DNA from: Callorhinchus milii
Taxonomy: Eukaryota
NCBI RefSeq assembly: GCF_018977255.1
Contig: NW_024704742.1
Span: forward strand, 20,710,001 to 20,774,000
Length of the DNA stretch: 64,000 bases
Direction of reading: 5' to 3'
Shown: positions 1 to 11,740 of the stretch, in pieces
Numbering within the stretch: position 1 is the first letter of the stretch
Layout: every line of letters starts with the position of its first letter
Notes under the pieces: generated by a model
What the model saw: only the letters and a program-made list of their open reading frames with translations
Told to the model about the DNA's origin: nothing
Databases searched by the model: none
Program-made: the position numbers and the translations under genes

Positions 1-392
1 ACTGCCGATGACAGCACAGCCAGCCTGGCTCATCGGCAGACCTAGAAGGCAGATCAGTCATCCCACTCAGCTCCTGTAAATATTGCAACCCAAAGCCCAA
101 ATCGGCAGGGTGGTCCTAGCTGGACAAACAGTGGAAAGGCGTGTCAGACAGTGATATCAATGGCAAGCTATGTGATTTTACCTGGTTAGACTCCAGCAGT
201 ACCCCATCCCACACTCTGATGTCACCTGTGCTTCGGGAATTAGGTAAGCAGGATGTGTTCCTTCAGGGAGAGAGTTCATATTCCATTCCAACAATCTATC
301 TCTGAGATTTCCATGTGCAGAAATCTCAACTTGGATTGGATAATCTTAAGCATGGTAATGGGTTTCCGCTTGCGTCAGACACCCAGCTGATC
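1..392 (-). repeat. Unassigned interspersed repeat family X, copy 1 (cut by window edge)
   Basis: Reverse complement is collinear with 18638-18873 plus 19936-20260 (GGAAACCCAT, GTACTGCTGGAGTCTAACCAG, GGAGCTGAGT blocks). Confidence 0.75.
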
Positions 393-544
393 AAACAAAA
401 ACATTCAGACTAGAAATAGAGAAGGTACTTGAGACCCCCAAAATCAACCCATTGTTCTCTCCTCAGCCTCTTGTGGCAATTGACATTAAACAACGAAAAC
501 ATGTCCTTGACCTCATTGCTAAGTTCACTGAAGGGGAACAGAAG

Positions 545-1180
545 AACAACAACAAATTACATTGGTATAGCACTGCTTATCACATAGGGTTGAGTGTGGA
601 AAGAAAATGGAGACAGGTGAATATAACCACGGTCAAAGAGATAGGTTTTCAGTAGGATTTTAAAGATGGTTTGAGAAGGGATGAGGTGTAGGGATTTTGG
701 AAGGGAGTTCCAGAGGATGGTAGGGGAATAGTGAATGAAAGTCACTTTGGTCATATGTTGTGTCTGAGGTGAGAGAAGGGGGAGGTGCAGACACACATAG
801 GTCTGTTAGCTAAACTGAGGGGCAAGTAGGTGAATGAGACAGAAATTACTGCATCACAGAAGTAAATTTGGGTGAGGGATTGTAGGCATTTGTAGGTAAA
901 GAGTGCTAATTTTGAAAGTGATTTCTTGACAGCTCTATATGAATGTGAGTTGAATTGTATTGTAGGGGTGGGAGGGATGAAGGATTAAGCTCTGAGATAT
1001 GCCACAGGTGATCATGTAATAGTGATAGGAAAAGCCATTAGAGGAAACAAAATGCAGGTTGTGGGACAGCTGGAATTGAAATCCCCTAAACGTGAATGAA
1101 AGAAGAGAGACGACTAAGGAGGATTGAATGATCAACAGTGCAAAAGGAGAAGCCATAAACAACAGAGACAAGATATATCA
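545..1180 (-). mobile_element. Old, diverged L2-clade LINE fragment
   Basis: (TTG)n tail at ~545; LWNSLP..L..IPS..FK.LLKTYLFDR; decayed TVDHSILLSRL near 1110-1145. Confidence 0.75.
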
Positions 1181-2204
1181 GTGGCCAAAAATAAACATTA
1201 ATTGGATTTGTTCAAATGTTATCTGCAAAGCTTTTCCTTACGCTAAGTGCTGATAATGTGATTTAGATACATTTCTTCTTGGAAAAAAATAGTCTGTCTT
1301 CCTGAGGCACGAATAGGAAACTTTGGAACGATAACAGTTTGAAATGCCACATAGTTATTTCTAAAATGTTATTTGTTTTAATCTTGGGTATCACACATAG
1401 GGGTCTTTCAAATACCAATTGGTAAACATAGAGATATATTTGATCCTTGTTTTCTCCTCCACAAGCAGATACAATTGCTATTGCTTTAGAAAACAATGTG
1501 TGATTGTGCCTACAGATTTACAGCATGATACAAAGCTCTGAAACTCATCAGAGCTGAATTCTGAGCTGAGTATGATGTATGCAGGGCTCCTTGGGGAGAC
1601 TCACTTTACTTCCCAAGGTGCTTTTTCTGGTGAAAGGGGCCCTTTATCTTGCCATTTTTCCTCCGAGCACATTTCATTTAACCCTATCAACACAGCATGA
1701 AAGCCCTAAAAGTTTATTGCACAATTATAAACTGGAAGTGTCAGCGTGAGTGATTTCCTGCAGTGCGTTATTACTCTGCTCTGCCCTCTCTTCCCCTCCT
1801 TCGGTCTGTGACTGCTGTTCTGTCAGGTGAAGGCTGCACTGCATTTTTCAGCAATGTCAATAGCAACAATAGTTCACACATGACAGCAATCCCTTATCCC
1901 ATTCATCCCGCTCTCTCTAGAGGAAAGGTTGTAGTGATATCATTCAAAGGTAATTGATCAAAATAAAGATAAATAATAAAAAACAGACACCCGGATTTTC
2001 CATTTGGCAGCAAGTTACTGATCAATTTAGCAATTAGGCTTACTCAAGTTCTACTAGATTAAGCAATTTCACAATTTGTGCCAACAGTTGGATGGTGCCA
2101 AGAATACAGTGAGACTGAAAATGCACTGTTTGTAAACCATATTTGAGACGTTAGTTGTGACATTGCAATTACTGGTTTGAGATTACTGTATCAGCCATGT
2201 GTTA

Positions 2205-2388
2205 TCTCTGGAACTCGATCCAGGAGTGCCTCCAACTTGTTCCCTCCCTCCCCTCTTCTTTGACTCCTCTTTGTCGGGAAGATGTCCCAGGGTGCTGGAC
2301 AATCAGGGGTTTTGGACCTGAGCTGGGGGTTGGGATCAGAAGGGGAGGAGGGCAGGAGGGGTGGGAGTGGAAAGGTAGCCGAAGGCAT
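2205..2388. mobile_element. Two short L2 3' pieces in opposite orientation
   Basis: Plus-strand LWNSIQECLQLVPSL (2205-2260) abuts a minus-strand L2 3' UTR with the GGGACATCTTCCCGAC loop. Confidence 0.6.
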
Positions 2389-3693
2389 AAAGCTGAGAAA
2401 GTCTGATTAAATTCACAGTAAATGCACTTGACAGAAAACTGCAAAGCATTTTTAGGCATTTCAACGAGACTATATTAAATCCAGGGATTATTGTTAAAAA
2501 TTTAAAATAACCCTTGGAGTTTATCAATCACACAATCAAAGCGCTAATTAATGCTGATACTTTGCTCTCCAACCTTTTGTTTGGACCTTGGCAGTTTGCA
2601 AATTATGATTTTATTCAGAGTGAACGCCATTTCTCAGTGTGTGATGAAAATAGCTTTATGTTTGCCTGGCCTTTGGGAATATGGAATATTTTTGTCCTTT
2701 TATCCAGGGTGGCCCAAATATCTTTTGCCTCCCTTTATGTTAATGTTTTCAGCCACTGCATACTGTCGGCCAAAACTAAAAACATTGAAATGCTGGCCTG
2801 GAACCTGTTGTAGAGGCTATTTTCTGCTGGTGGTAAACCAGCAGTTTCTATAGCCTGCAAGCTCTTAGATTGTTTAAAAGGGCATCTGCCTATAAATGTA
2901 CGTCATTCTTGCGTACTTTCCTCTGGGGTGCTGTTATTAAAATAAAATGCCTTGAAGTAATGAAGTCACTGACGTGTATAACTTATTCCTGTTGTCATGT
3001 GTAACCTCCAGTTCCCATCGACAGCCTCAAAGAGATCTAGTGTAGCTTTCACAAATGTGGGACAGTCACATTGCAAAGAAGACAGAAGAGAAAGCAAAAG
3101 ATGCCTCACACTGACCTGCGCTGATGGCAGTCTGCGTTAGAGGAAACTACTGTATATGCTCCTTTTCCTTTTCCCAGACAAGGTTCAGTCACCAGGTTGA
3201 GTACATAGAAACTGACATTTGTTGCCTGACAACATGTTAGTTTCTGTGGCTGATGAATGCAAGGCATCTACTGACTACAGAAACTGCCATTGATTGGAGT
3301 AGACAGCGCACACTTAGGCCACAACACTTCATAATATGAATTGGAATTAATTGGTTCATCTAAAAAACGTATCTCAATATATTAACCCCTAAGGACAGGG
3401 AATGTTCTTAAGTTTGGATTGCTGGCAGTGTCAGATGCAGTTCAGAGTGTGCTGTTGGCCATACATTCCTACCCATGAATAATGGAAAGTGTATAGCCTT
3501 ATGCTGTTATTCTGCTGCAAAGATTGTGCTAAATGTATGCCAGTCACCATAAACCCATTGTTGCATTGATAGTGCAATGCTAAGGATTCTGATTTCCCTG
3601 AAAGCTATACCCTTGTATTTCCTTCTGAGTACATGATCTTACGCATATTGTCCTATCTTCAGTAGAACAACAGAACCTAACACAAAGTTAATG

Positions 3694-4175
3694 AACAACA
3701 ACAAAATTACACTTATAGAGCACCTTTCACGTCGGGAGGATGTCCCAGGGCGCTGGACAGTCAGGAGTCAGGACCTGAGCATGGGGGAGGGGTGGGGTAG
3801 GGATGAGGGAAGGCAGAGAGGTGGGAGGGCGACCGAAGGCACAATCGAAGAGGAGGATCTTGAGACCAGCCTTGAAGGAGGCAAGGGAGGAAGCGAGGTG
3901 TAGGGATGTGGGATGGAGCTCCAGAGCGTGGGGGCAGAGAGGCTGAAAGCTCGGCCACCGATGGTAGGGCGGATCGGGCGGAAAACATGGAGCAGACCAG
4001 AGCCCGCTGAAAGGAGAGAGGGGCAGGTTGGTAGGGACTCAGCAAGTCAGAGAGGTAATAGGGGGCAAGCCCATGGATGGCCTTGAAAGTGAGGACGAGG
4101 ATCTTGAATTCAATCCTCTGAGGGATGGGGAGCCAGTGGAGTCGGGCGAGGATGAGAGTGATGGGGTCACGGAGC
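3694..4175 (-). mobile_element. L2 3' fragment
   Basis: Tail, 3' stem-loop and LARLHWLPIPQRIEFKILVL on the minus strand. Confidence 0.9.
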
Positions 4176-4317
4176 TGCAGAAGTTAGTTCTGATTGCACA
4201 TTTCCCTGAGGGCAACAACTATTGCTAGTATCTAGGATGACTGGGTGCTGATGAAGTAAGTGACGCAGCATTACTGAGCCTGTGTAGGCTAAGATTTCAT
4301 CCTCTGCAGTCTATACT

Positions 4318-4760
4318 TGTCAGCCTAGATCAGTTTGCAGCTCTCTCATCTCTGAGTCAAAAGGCTGAGAGTTCAAGACCCATGTAGGGACTTTGAACTC
4401 ATATAGTCTAAGATGACACTCCAATGCAGTGCTGGTGTGTGCTGAATTGTCAGAGATGCTGGCCTTTCTGATGAGGTGTTGAATTGATGTCCCATCTGTT
4501 TGTTCAGGGGGATATTAAAGATTCCATAGCAGTACTTCAAAATCAAAGGGAGTTTTCCCGGTGCCTTGGTCAACAGTCCAATAGATAAAATTGGTCATTC
4601 ACTTTGTGGTTGTTTATGGGACATTGCTATGTTCGAATGGGCTAGTTTATTTGCTTACAAATACACAATCACTCCATCTTAGAGTAAACCTGTGAAGTTC
4701 TTTGAGTGGGCCTCCTGACATGAGGGATGCTAGGCCAAATGGAAGGCATATATTATTTCT
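4318..4760 (+). mobile_element. Old tRNA-headed SINE with Deu-domain-like body
   Basis: Head CTCTCATCTCTGAGTCAAAAGGCTGAGAGTTCAAG; body matches the other window copies; resemblance to DeuSINEs is from memory. Confidence 0.7.
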
Positions 4761-5227
4761 TATAAGCTTTCAAAATATAAGCTTGGTGTCTAGTAATCAT
4801 AAATTCTTGACCTTCCTGGTTACTTTGCTCTTTTGAATCTTGGTGTTGTCCTGGACAATGGCTTGAGCCTTTCACCAGACTTCTCATTTAAACAATTCTG
4901 CAGTTAATTGAACAGAAACAAATAGATGATGGACAAGTGAATTAAACCATCTCACCAAAAAAACATAATCCCAACAATAGATCTAATGTTTTTAGCGATG
5001 ATGTTTTTTGGTAATAAATTTCCACTCAGTGACCACACCAGCTGCTCCACAGATGTTATTGCTGAATAATTCTCTCAACAAACATGAAATATTATTCAGG
5101 GGCCAGCTTTGTGGCATTTCTTAACAGAATTGTAAATTAAGAAAACTGGCCAAATATTAAACACGTGACTCTGACTCAAGGCAACCCAATCTGAAAATAC
5201 ATCAATCGGAACAACGCACAAGTTCAC

Positions 5228-5530
5228 TGATTTGAATCCAGGATCATGTTGAGTTTGCTGGTCTCAACCAGGGCTACTTGGGGAGGTAAATTGACCTCAG
5301 CCTTCTAAGGGTTTAGGAGGAAAAAAAAAACAGTCAGGGTTTCCATTCCTCTCCAGTACTCTCTATTGGTAGTCCATGTATATGACATTTGGGTGGGAGA
5401 AGTGACTTCTCTACAGTCGACTGGTCTGATGACATTCACTGTCAAGGCTCATACATGAACAATGCCCATTTGGGCAGAGGACCAGAGAGGAACCACCATC
5501 CATGTTCCCATGCCTCAACAAAAGGAGGCC
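5228..5530 (+). repeat. Probable ancient SINE-like repeat
   Basis: B-box-like TTTGAATCC start; body resembles, from memory only, a common shark repeat (CACTGTCAAGGCTCATACATGAACAATG). Single copy in window. Confidence 0.35.
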
Positions 5531-5744
5531 AGACCAGGAACAGGGAGACAGATGCCTGGAAGAAATAGAAGAAGATAATTAGGGCACAATAATTCAAAAT
5601 TAACATTTAAATTTTTCTAATTCTAATTTTTTTAAAAACTTCGTGAACTGCAAATAATGATGACATGTGTTGGGTATTTTGGGGTGCCTCATGTTTGATG
5701 ATGCAAAACTAGAAAAAATACACAATGCAATACAGCACTGTTAT

Positions 5745-5975
5745 AAGTTGCTGGGAACACTCAGCAGGCCAGACAGCATCTAAGGAGAAAGGAAAATGAG
5801 TCAATGTTTCGGGTTCACGACCCTTCGTCAGAACTCTAATCATCTGCAGAACAAAGTTATTTATTTGACTCTAATCGTTCTATATACCTCTTGTTACAAC
5901 AGGCTATTTCTGGTCTAATTTTGTCAGAAAACTGTTTTCAGATTTCCAGCATCTGCAGTATTTTGTGTTTTATTT
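5745..5975. mobile_element. Penelope-like element terminal-repeat remnants
   Basis: TGCTGGGAACACTCAGCAGGCCAGACAGCATC..GTTTCGGG..CCCTTCGTCAG, plus an oppositely oriented TCAGATTTCCAGCATCTGCAG piece at ~5935-5970. Confidence 0.6.
5798..5836 (-). ncRNA. Degenerate minimal type I hammerhead ribozyme motif
   Basis: Minus strand reads GAGUU-CUGACGA-A-GGGU-cguga-ACCC-GAAA-CA-UU-GACUC: both core boxes, stem II and a 5-bp stem I. Confidence 0.6.
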
Positions 5976-6397
5976 AATGTTATAACACACTTCTTTATTG
6001 CTGAAATGTGTAGGATTTCTGTAATTAATGTGTTAAATAATATCTTAAATTATATTTGCGGTGTTTTACATATTTGAGCCATTTGATCAATCTCATATGA
6101 GGGTAACTCGTTGTAACTAGCTTTGAAGAAAATCCTTGCCCAAGTAGGAGAAACAAAATGTTTATAAACAATTAAACTGTTTTCATTCCTTATCAGTCAT
6201 TTTCTCATGGAAAAATGGTCTGCAGCTGGAGAGAGCTATGTTGCATTTGTTTTCTTACAAAGGCACCATCTTGCAAACGACAATAGGTGAAAAGTCACCT
6301 AATCAACAGTATGAGCGGAGATTGATTCGAAAGGAGAAGGAAGAAATTAGAATTTGGAGTCGGAAGATCAAGACTACGAGTTAAATAATTCTAAACG

Positions 6398-6514
6398 TAT
6401 AATAATACCTGGATATTTTTGGGTGATATCAAACTGGGAACCATATAATAATACCTGGATACTTTTTGGTAATATTGAACTGGAAACTGTACAACAATGC
6501 TTGGATACCTTTTG
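6398..6514 (+). repeat. 46-bp tandem repeat, about 2.5 copies
   Basis: TATAATAATACCTGGATA units start at 6398 and 6444, with a diverged third unit at 6490. Confidence 0.85.
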
Positions 6515-7220
6515 AACACTTATATTTGGATTCAAATGGGACATTAAATTGGACATTGCTCCTCCAGCTCTCCCGCAGGATTTGATTTGGTCAACTTAAA
6601 TCGTTGTGAACTACAGTATACGTGGACACGTAAGCATAAGTATATGTATTCTTTTAACATTATTAATCTGAATTAATAAACCTTCATCATTTGTGTCAGT
6701 CCTTATTTCACCGCAGAGTCATGAAAATAAATTAAATGGTTGTAGTGCAATTCCCAATCACTGGACTATGTGTGTGCAGGGTGGCTTTTTGGCAAAATGT
6801 CTGACGTCTGGATCATTTGATCTCCACTTATGTCACTTCCTGTTTGCTGTGTATGTTCTAAGCAGGAATTGATGTCAGGGATGAGTGGGAAGTGATTTCT
6901 GCCATTTTATCTCATGCCCTTAAATAACAGTCAACCTTTGGGTCATCAGTTCGCTGTCAATAGAGGCCTAGAATATAAAGTAAGAGGTGAAAATTGTAGG
7001 GTTTGATGTATTATGTATCAACATTGTGTTGTTAATTGCAAATGAGACAGTCAAGACTGGTTGCGGGTGTGATTGCTCCCTTCCAAATTACTGCCATTGG
7101 ATTGATGGTTCACAAGAATTGACTTTACCTCACAGGGTAGAGTCATACCAGTGCCTTGCAAAGTCTCACAACCAGCCATGGGGTGTATCAATGTTCTATT
7201 CATTGTTTTTAGCAACTTGA

Positions 7221-7590
7221 AACAACAACAACTTGGATTTATATAGTGCCCTCCACGCCGGACGGCGTCTCAGAACGCTTTGCAGTAAAGGATCCCGGGG
7301 CCGAACCAGGGGGAGGGGGAGGAAGGCGAACAAAGCCGCGGTCGAAGAAAAAAGTCTTCAGCAGAGACCTGAAAATAGGAAGTGAAGGAGCGAGGCGAAG
7401 AGAGTGAGGAAGGGAATTCCAGAGCATGGCCGCCGAGGGTGGAGCGGAGGACTCGGGGGACGAGGAGGAGACCCTGAGGAACGAAAGCAACGGGTACTGT
7501 TTTGAGGAGAGAGGAGGTCAGAGAGGTATGGGGGTGCAGAGGAGTGGAGGGATTTGAATACAAGGGTGAGGATCTTGAAGTCGATCCTCG
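7221..7590 (-). mobile_element. L2 3' fragment, distinct CpG-rich subfamily
   Basis: MLWNSLPHSLRLAPSLPIFRSLLKTFFFDR; IDFKIL near 7580; variant stem-loop; (TTG)n tail. Confidence 0.85.
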
Positions 7591-7628
7591 ACTTGAATCT
7601 GGTTTGTAAATATCACATCTTTTTGTTT

Positions 7629-7958
7629 GGTCAGTCGAGTGTCTGACACATTGGAAACCCATTGCATTGCCTGAGAGTATTCAAAGGAGACTGAGAATTC
7701 CACGTATGTATCCATCTAAATTTCCCTGCATCTGGATTGGGATGCACATTCTTCTCTCTCTCTCTCTGGAGAAAATAAGACCTGCTTATCTTATTCAGGA
7801 GATTTGGAGATTATTAGGCACAAATTGGTTTGAGGACCCCAGAGTGTTTATTGGAGTGCTGTTGGAATTTAATTTATTAAAACTGCAATAGTTTGCATTG
7901 AGAACACTGTGAAGTAAGCTAGTTAGGACCATTCTGCCTGTTTGGCTTGCAGGGTTAA
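7629..7958 (+). repeat. Family X, copy 2
   Basis: TGGTCAGTCGAGTGTCTGACAC..GGAAACCCAT..GGACCCCAG..TTGGCTTGCAGGGTTAAC, collinear with copy 3. Confidence 0.7.
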
Positions 7959-8030
7959 CAACAACAACAACAACAAGATTCCATTTATAAAGCGCCTTTC
8001 ACGTCAGGAGGACGTCCCAAGGCGCTGAAA
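7957..8030 (-). mobile_element. Very short young L2 3' tail
   Basis: Essentially identical to 19863-19934. Confidence 0.9.
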
Positions 8031-8210
8031 CAGGACCCAAGTGGCCCAGGGTTCAGATTGCCTAACAATGACCTAAAGTCCCACCCTCCCATTCCCTGAG
8101 AAATGAACTGAAGATGGTGACAAATTTGTTAAATAAAATATACGGTTGGATCAAATAAGATTATCTCCACTGATCCTGACCAAGCTGTAGGGAAGCGTAC
8201 TGAAACTAAC

Positions 8211-8697
8211 TAACAACAACAAAATTACATTTGTAAATAAAAAATAAGTAATAATCCTTGCATTTGATATAGCGCTTTTCACGATTTCAGACGTCTCAAA
8301 GCGCTTCACAGAATATACTGTAAAGTGAATTGACTGTATACTTGTAAAGCGCTTTTCACATCGGAAGGACGTCCCAATGCCCTGAACGGTCAAGGATCAA
8401 GACCCGAGGGTGGGGGGCAGGGTTGGGATGAGGGAGGGCAGAGCGGGTAGGAGGGCGGCTGAAGGCAAGGTCAAAAAGGAGGGTCGTGAGTCATGCCTTG
8501 AAGGAGGCAAGAGAGGGAGCGAGGTGAAGGGATTGTGGGATGGAGTTCCAAAGAGTGGGGGCAGAGAGGCGGAAAACCTGGAGCAGTCCGGAGCCTGCTG
8601 AGCGGAGACAGGTTGATAGGGGTGTCACCAGGTCAGAAATGTAGGAGAGGACAAGGCCGTGGAGGTCCTTGAAAGTGAGGATGAGGATTTTGAAGAA
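8211..8697 (-). mobile_element. L2 3' fragment with a nested SINE tail (8238-8341)
   Basis: FKILILTFKDLHGL..LWNSIPQSL; the SINE tail is flanked by a TTGTAAA duplication. Confidence 0.85.
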
Positions 8698-9018
8698 CAA
8701 TATTAAATTGCTTTAGTAAGTATATTTATGTGAACAGATGCATAATAGGGAGCTTGTTATGGTATTGAGGGTTATCAACCTGCTATTTTAAAGATTTATT
8801 TAGATTCCTCTGTGTCTTTCAATGCAAAGATTAAAATCATGCTTCAAGTATTTTGGTACCGCTGCACCACCCCACCCCTCCCCCCACCCCCAACCCAGTG
8901 TCAGCTACGATAATAAAATAGCAGTGATGTAAGTAACTTGCTGTTACCCTAGGCTGTCTGATGTCCCAGAAATACATCTCAGACCGTTTCTTGAGATGTA
9001 TCCTCAGCTGATCTATTA

Positions 9019-10455
9019 TACATTAGAATACATTAGAATATACAGCACAGAAACAGGCCAGTCAGCTCAACTGGCCTATGCCAGTGTTTATACGCCACAA
9101 GCTTCCTCCTGCCCTTCCTCAACTAAGCTTTCAAGCATAACCTTCTATTCTTTTTTCCCTCATGTACTTATCTAGCTTCCCCTTAAATGCTATTTGCCTC
9201 AACAATTTCTTGTGGTAGCATGTTCCACATTCCCACTACTCTCTGTATGTAAAGAAATTTCTTCTAACTTCCCTATTTGATCTAATTGTGACTATTTTAT
9301 ATTGATGGTCCCTGGTTTTGATCTCCCCCACCAGTGGAAATATCTTCCCTATGTCTACCCTATTAAAACCTTTCGTAATTTTAAAGACCTCTATCAGGTC
9401 ACCCCTTAACCTCCGCTTTTCAAGAGAAAAGAGTCCAAGTATGTTCAGCCTTTCATGATAGGTGTAACCTCTCAGTTCTGGGATCATCCTTGTGAATCTC
9501 CTTTGCACCCTCTTCAGTACCTCTACATCCCTTCTATAATGTGGGGACTAGAACTGCAATATTCTAAGTGTAGTCTAACCAAGGTTCTATACAAATTTAC
9601 CATAACTTCCCTGCTTTTCATTTCTATCCCTCTAGAAATGAACCCCAATGCCTGGTTTGCATTTTTTATGGCCTTATTAACATGTGTTGCTAATTTTAGT
9701 GAATTGTGTACGAGTACCCCTAGATCCCTTTGCTCCTCTATCCCATTTAAGTTTTTATTTTCCAGGATGTATGTGACTTCTTTATTCCTTCTACCAGAAT
9801 ATACCACCTCACACTTTTCTACATTGAAATGCATTTGCCATTTAAATGCCCATTCAGCAAGTTTATTAATTTCTTGCTGTAATTTGTTGCAGTCCTCCTC
9901 TGTATTAACTACTCCCCCCAATTCAGTGTCGTCCGCAAATTTTTAAATTGTATTGCTGATTCCCGAATCCAAATCATTAATGTATATTGTGAACAACAGT
10001 GGACCCAATACCGATCCTTGTGGAACACCACTGCCCACCCCCTGCCTGTCTGAGTAGCTACCCTTTACCCCTACTCTCGGTTTTCTGTTTTGCAGCCAGC
10101 TTGCTATCCATTCTGCTATTTTTCCCCTGACTCCACATGCTCTGACCTTATTTATTAGTTTATTATGTGGTACCTTACGGAACACCTTTTGGAAATCTAA
10201 ATATATTACATCTACCGCATTACCCTAAATGTATTACATCTACTCTTTCTGTTACCCCTTCAAAGAATTCAATGAGGTTGGTCAAGCATGACTTTCCTTT
10301 TGAAATCTGTGCTGACTATTCTTTATTATAGTTTCCATTTCTAGATGTTTTTTTATTACCTCCTTCAGTAACAATTCCACCGATGTTAAGTTGACAGGTC
10401 TATAGGTCCCTGGGCTTTTTCTATCTCCCTTTCTAAATATAGGAATAACATTAGT
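9019..10455 (-). mobile_element. CR1 LINE 3' part (RT and C-terminus), frameshifted
   Basis: ORFs 9943-10185, 9523-9921 and 9236-9508: KVPH..L, GVPQGSVLGPLLFTIYINDL, FADD, WQMHFNVEKC, SLEKRRLRGDLIEVFK; tandem 10-mer tail at 9019-9040. Confidence 0.95.
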
Positions 10456-10934
10456 TATCCTCTACCCTCCAGCTATCCTATTGATCAATTATTTTAAAAT
10501 AAGCGAAACAAAAGCACCCATTTTGGATTATATGATATTTCTCTGAACTTGTTGCTACCCACTGTCAACTCACTCAAAAAGACATGAAATGAACAGACAG
10601 TGTGTCTCAGACTAACGCTGGCATTCTGCAGGTCCCACTGTTCCTCAGAATGTTTCTACTTGTCTGTAGATGCAAAGCTATCCCAGAATTGTAAGGCAGG
10701 CCACAACGTTGATGTGACATCTGCTGTCATTTTGACTTAAGTGTTTGTCCTTTATTAGCGCAGTCACAGCAATTAAAAAGTCACAGCAATTAAAAAGCGA
10801 GCTGAAAGAAATATAAGAACAAAGTTTGCAGTGTTTCAGCATCCATTCCTATTTTTAATACAAGGAATGTGTAATCGAGATGTCAACTCACAATAAAAAA
10901 AAGAAATAATAAAAATCCATGCAATTGTTTGCAG

Positions 10935-11196
10935 CACTGGGAGAAACTCCATTCTCTTTTTTAACAGTGTCATGAAAGTTTAAACGTCCACCTGAACAGA
11001 TAGATGGGGTCTTGGTTTAACATCTCATTCGAGAGAAGGCACCTCTGAGAATGCAGCATACCCCTAGCACTGTATTGTAGTGTCGGCCTAGAATGTGAAC
11101 TCAAAGTACAGCGCGGTACTTCAAAGGCCTAGACTGTGAACCCACAATCTTCCGATTCAGAGGCAAGTGTGCTACCAACTGAGAGAGGCTGACACC
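10935..11196 (-). mobile_element. Deu-like SINE, 5' part
   Basis: Head TGTCAGCC..TCAGTTGGTAGCACACTTGCCTCTGAATC; body GAATGAGATGTTAAACC..GTTCAGGTGGACGT. Confidence 0.75.
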
Positions 11197-11274
11197 AAGT
11201 ATTGTAGGCCACTATACCACTAGGCCACTGAGTCAGCTTGATGTGAAGATACTTACTGCATGAAAGCAATGATT

Positions 11275-11591
11275 TGGAGTCCTGTCGCTCAGTGGTTAGA
11301 GTACTCACCTCGCAAGCGAAAGACCTGGGTTTGATTCTCAGCAGGGCGAAACATTGGGCAAGTTTCCTTACTCCACACGCCTGATAATAATCCCTCAAGA
11401 AAAAAAACAATAATAAATTGGTCACTTCAATCCACGACTGTTTGTGGGACACTGCTGTGTGCAATTGGCTGCCGCATTTTGCCCACAAATATACAGTCAA
11501 TTCACTTCACAGTATATTCTGTGAAGCGCTTTGAGATGTCTAGAAGACGTGAAAAGTGCTATATCAAAATGCAAGGATTATTATTATTATT
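11275..11591 (+). mobile_element. tRNA-Ala-derived SINE, short form
   Basis: A box TCGCTCAGTGG, B-box-like GGTTTGATTC, L2-like stem-loop tail, (TTA)n. Confidence 0.9.
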
Positions 11592-11740
11592 TGGAAGTTG
11601 CAGCACTTAACAGATCTGGGACCCACTTTCATGCGTCATTCTCATTATTAAATACAGTGATGTTTTGAGATACATTCTTGTACTGTATAGCTCTAAAATC
11701 ATTGAGATAATTAAAACATAATCCTTATCAATTGAAAGAG

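Noticed and set aside
3178..3195. 18-nt micro-exon after TTTTCCCAG
   Set aside because: The donor GTTGAG is weak and there is no other support.
3251..3290. Second hammerhead starting at CTGATGA-ATGC-AAG-GCAT
   Set aside because: No GAAA directly after the stem; other CTGANGA hits I checked also lacked the layout.
6398..6514. CRISPR-like array (also 16119 and 58951)
   Set aside because: Units are adjacent with no unique spacers, there are no cas genes and the context is vertebrate.
9455..9946. 163-aa plus-strand ORF
   Set aside because: Antisense shadow of the CR1 RT.
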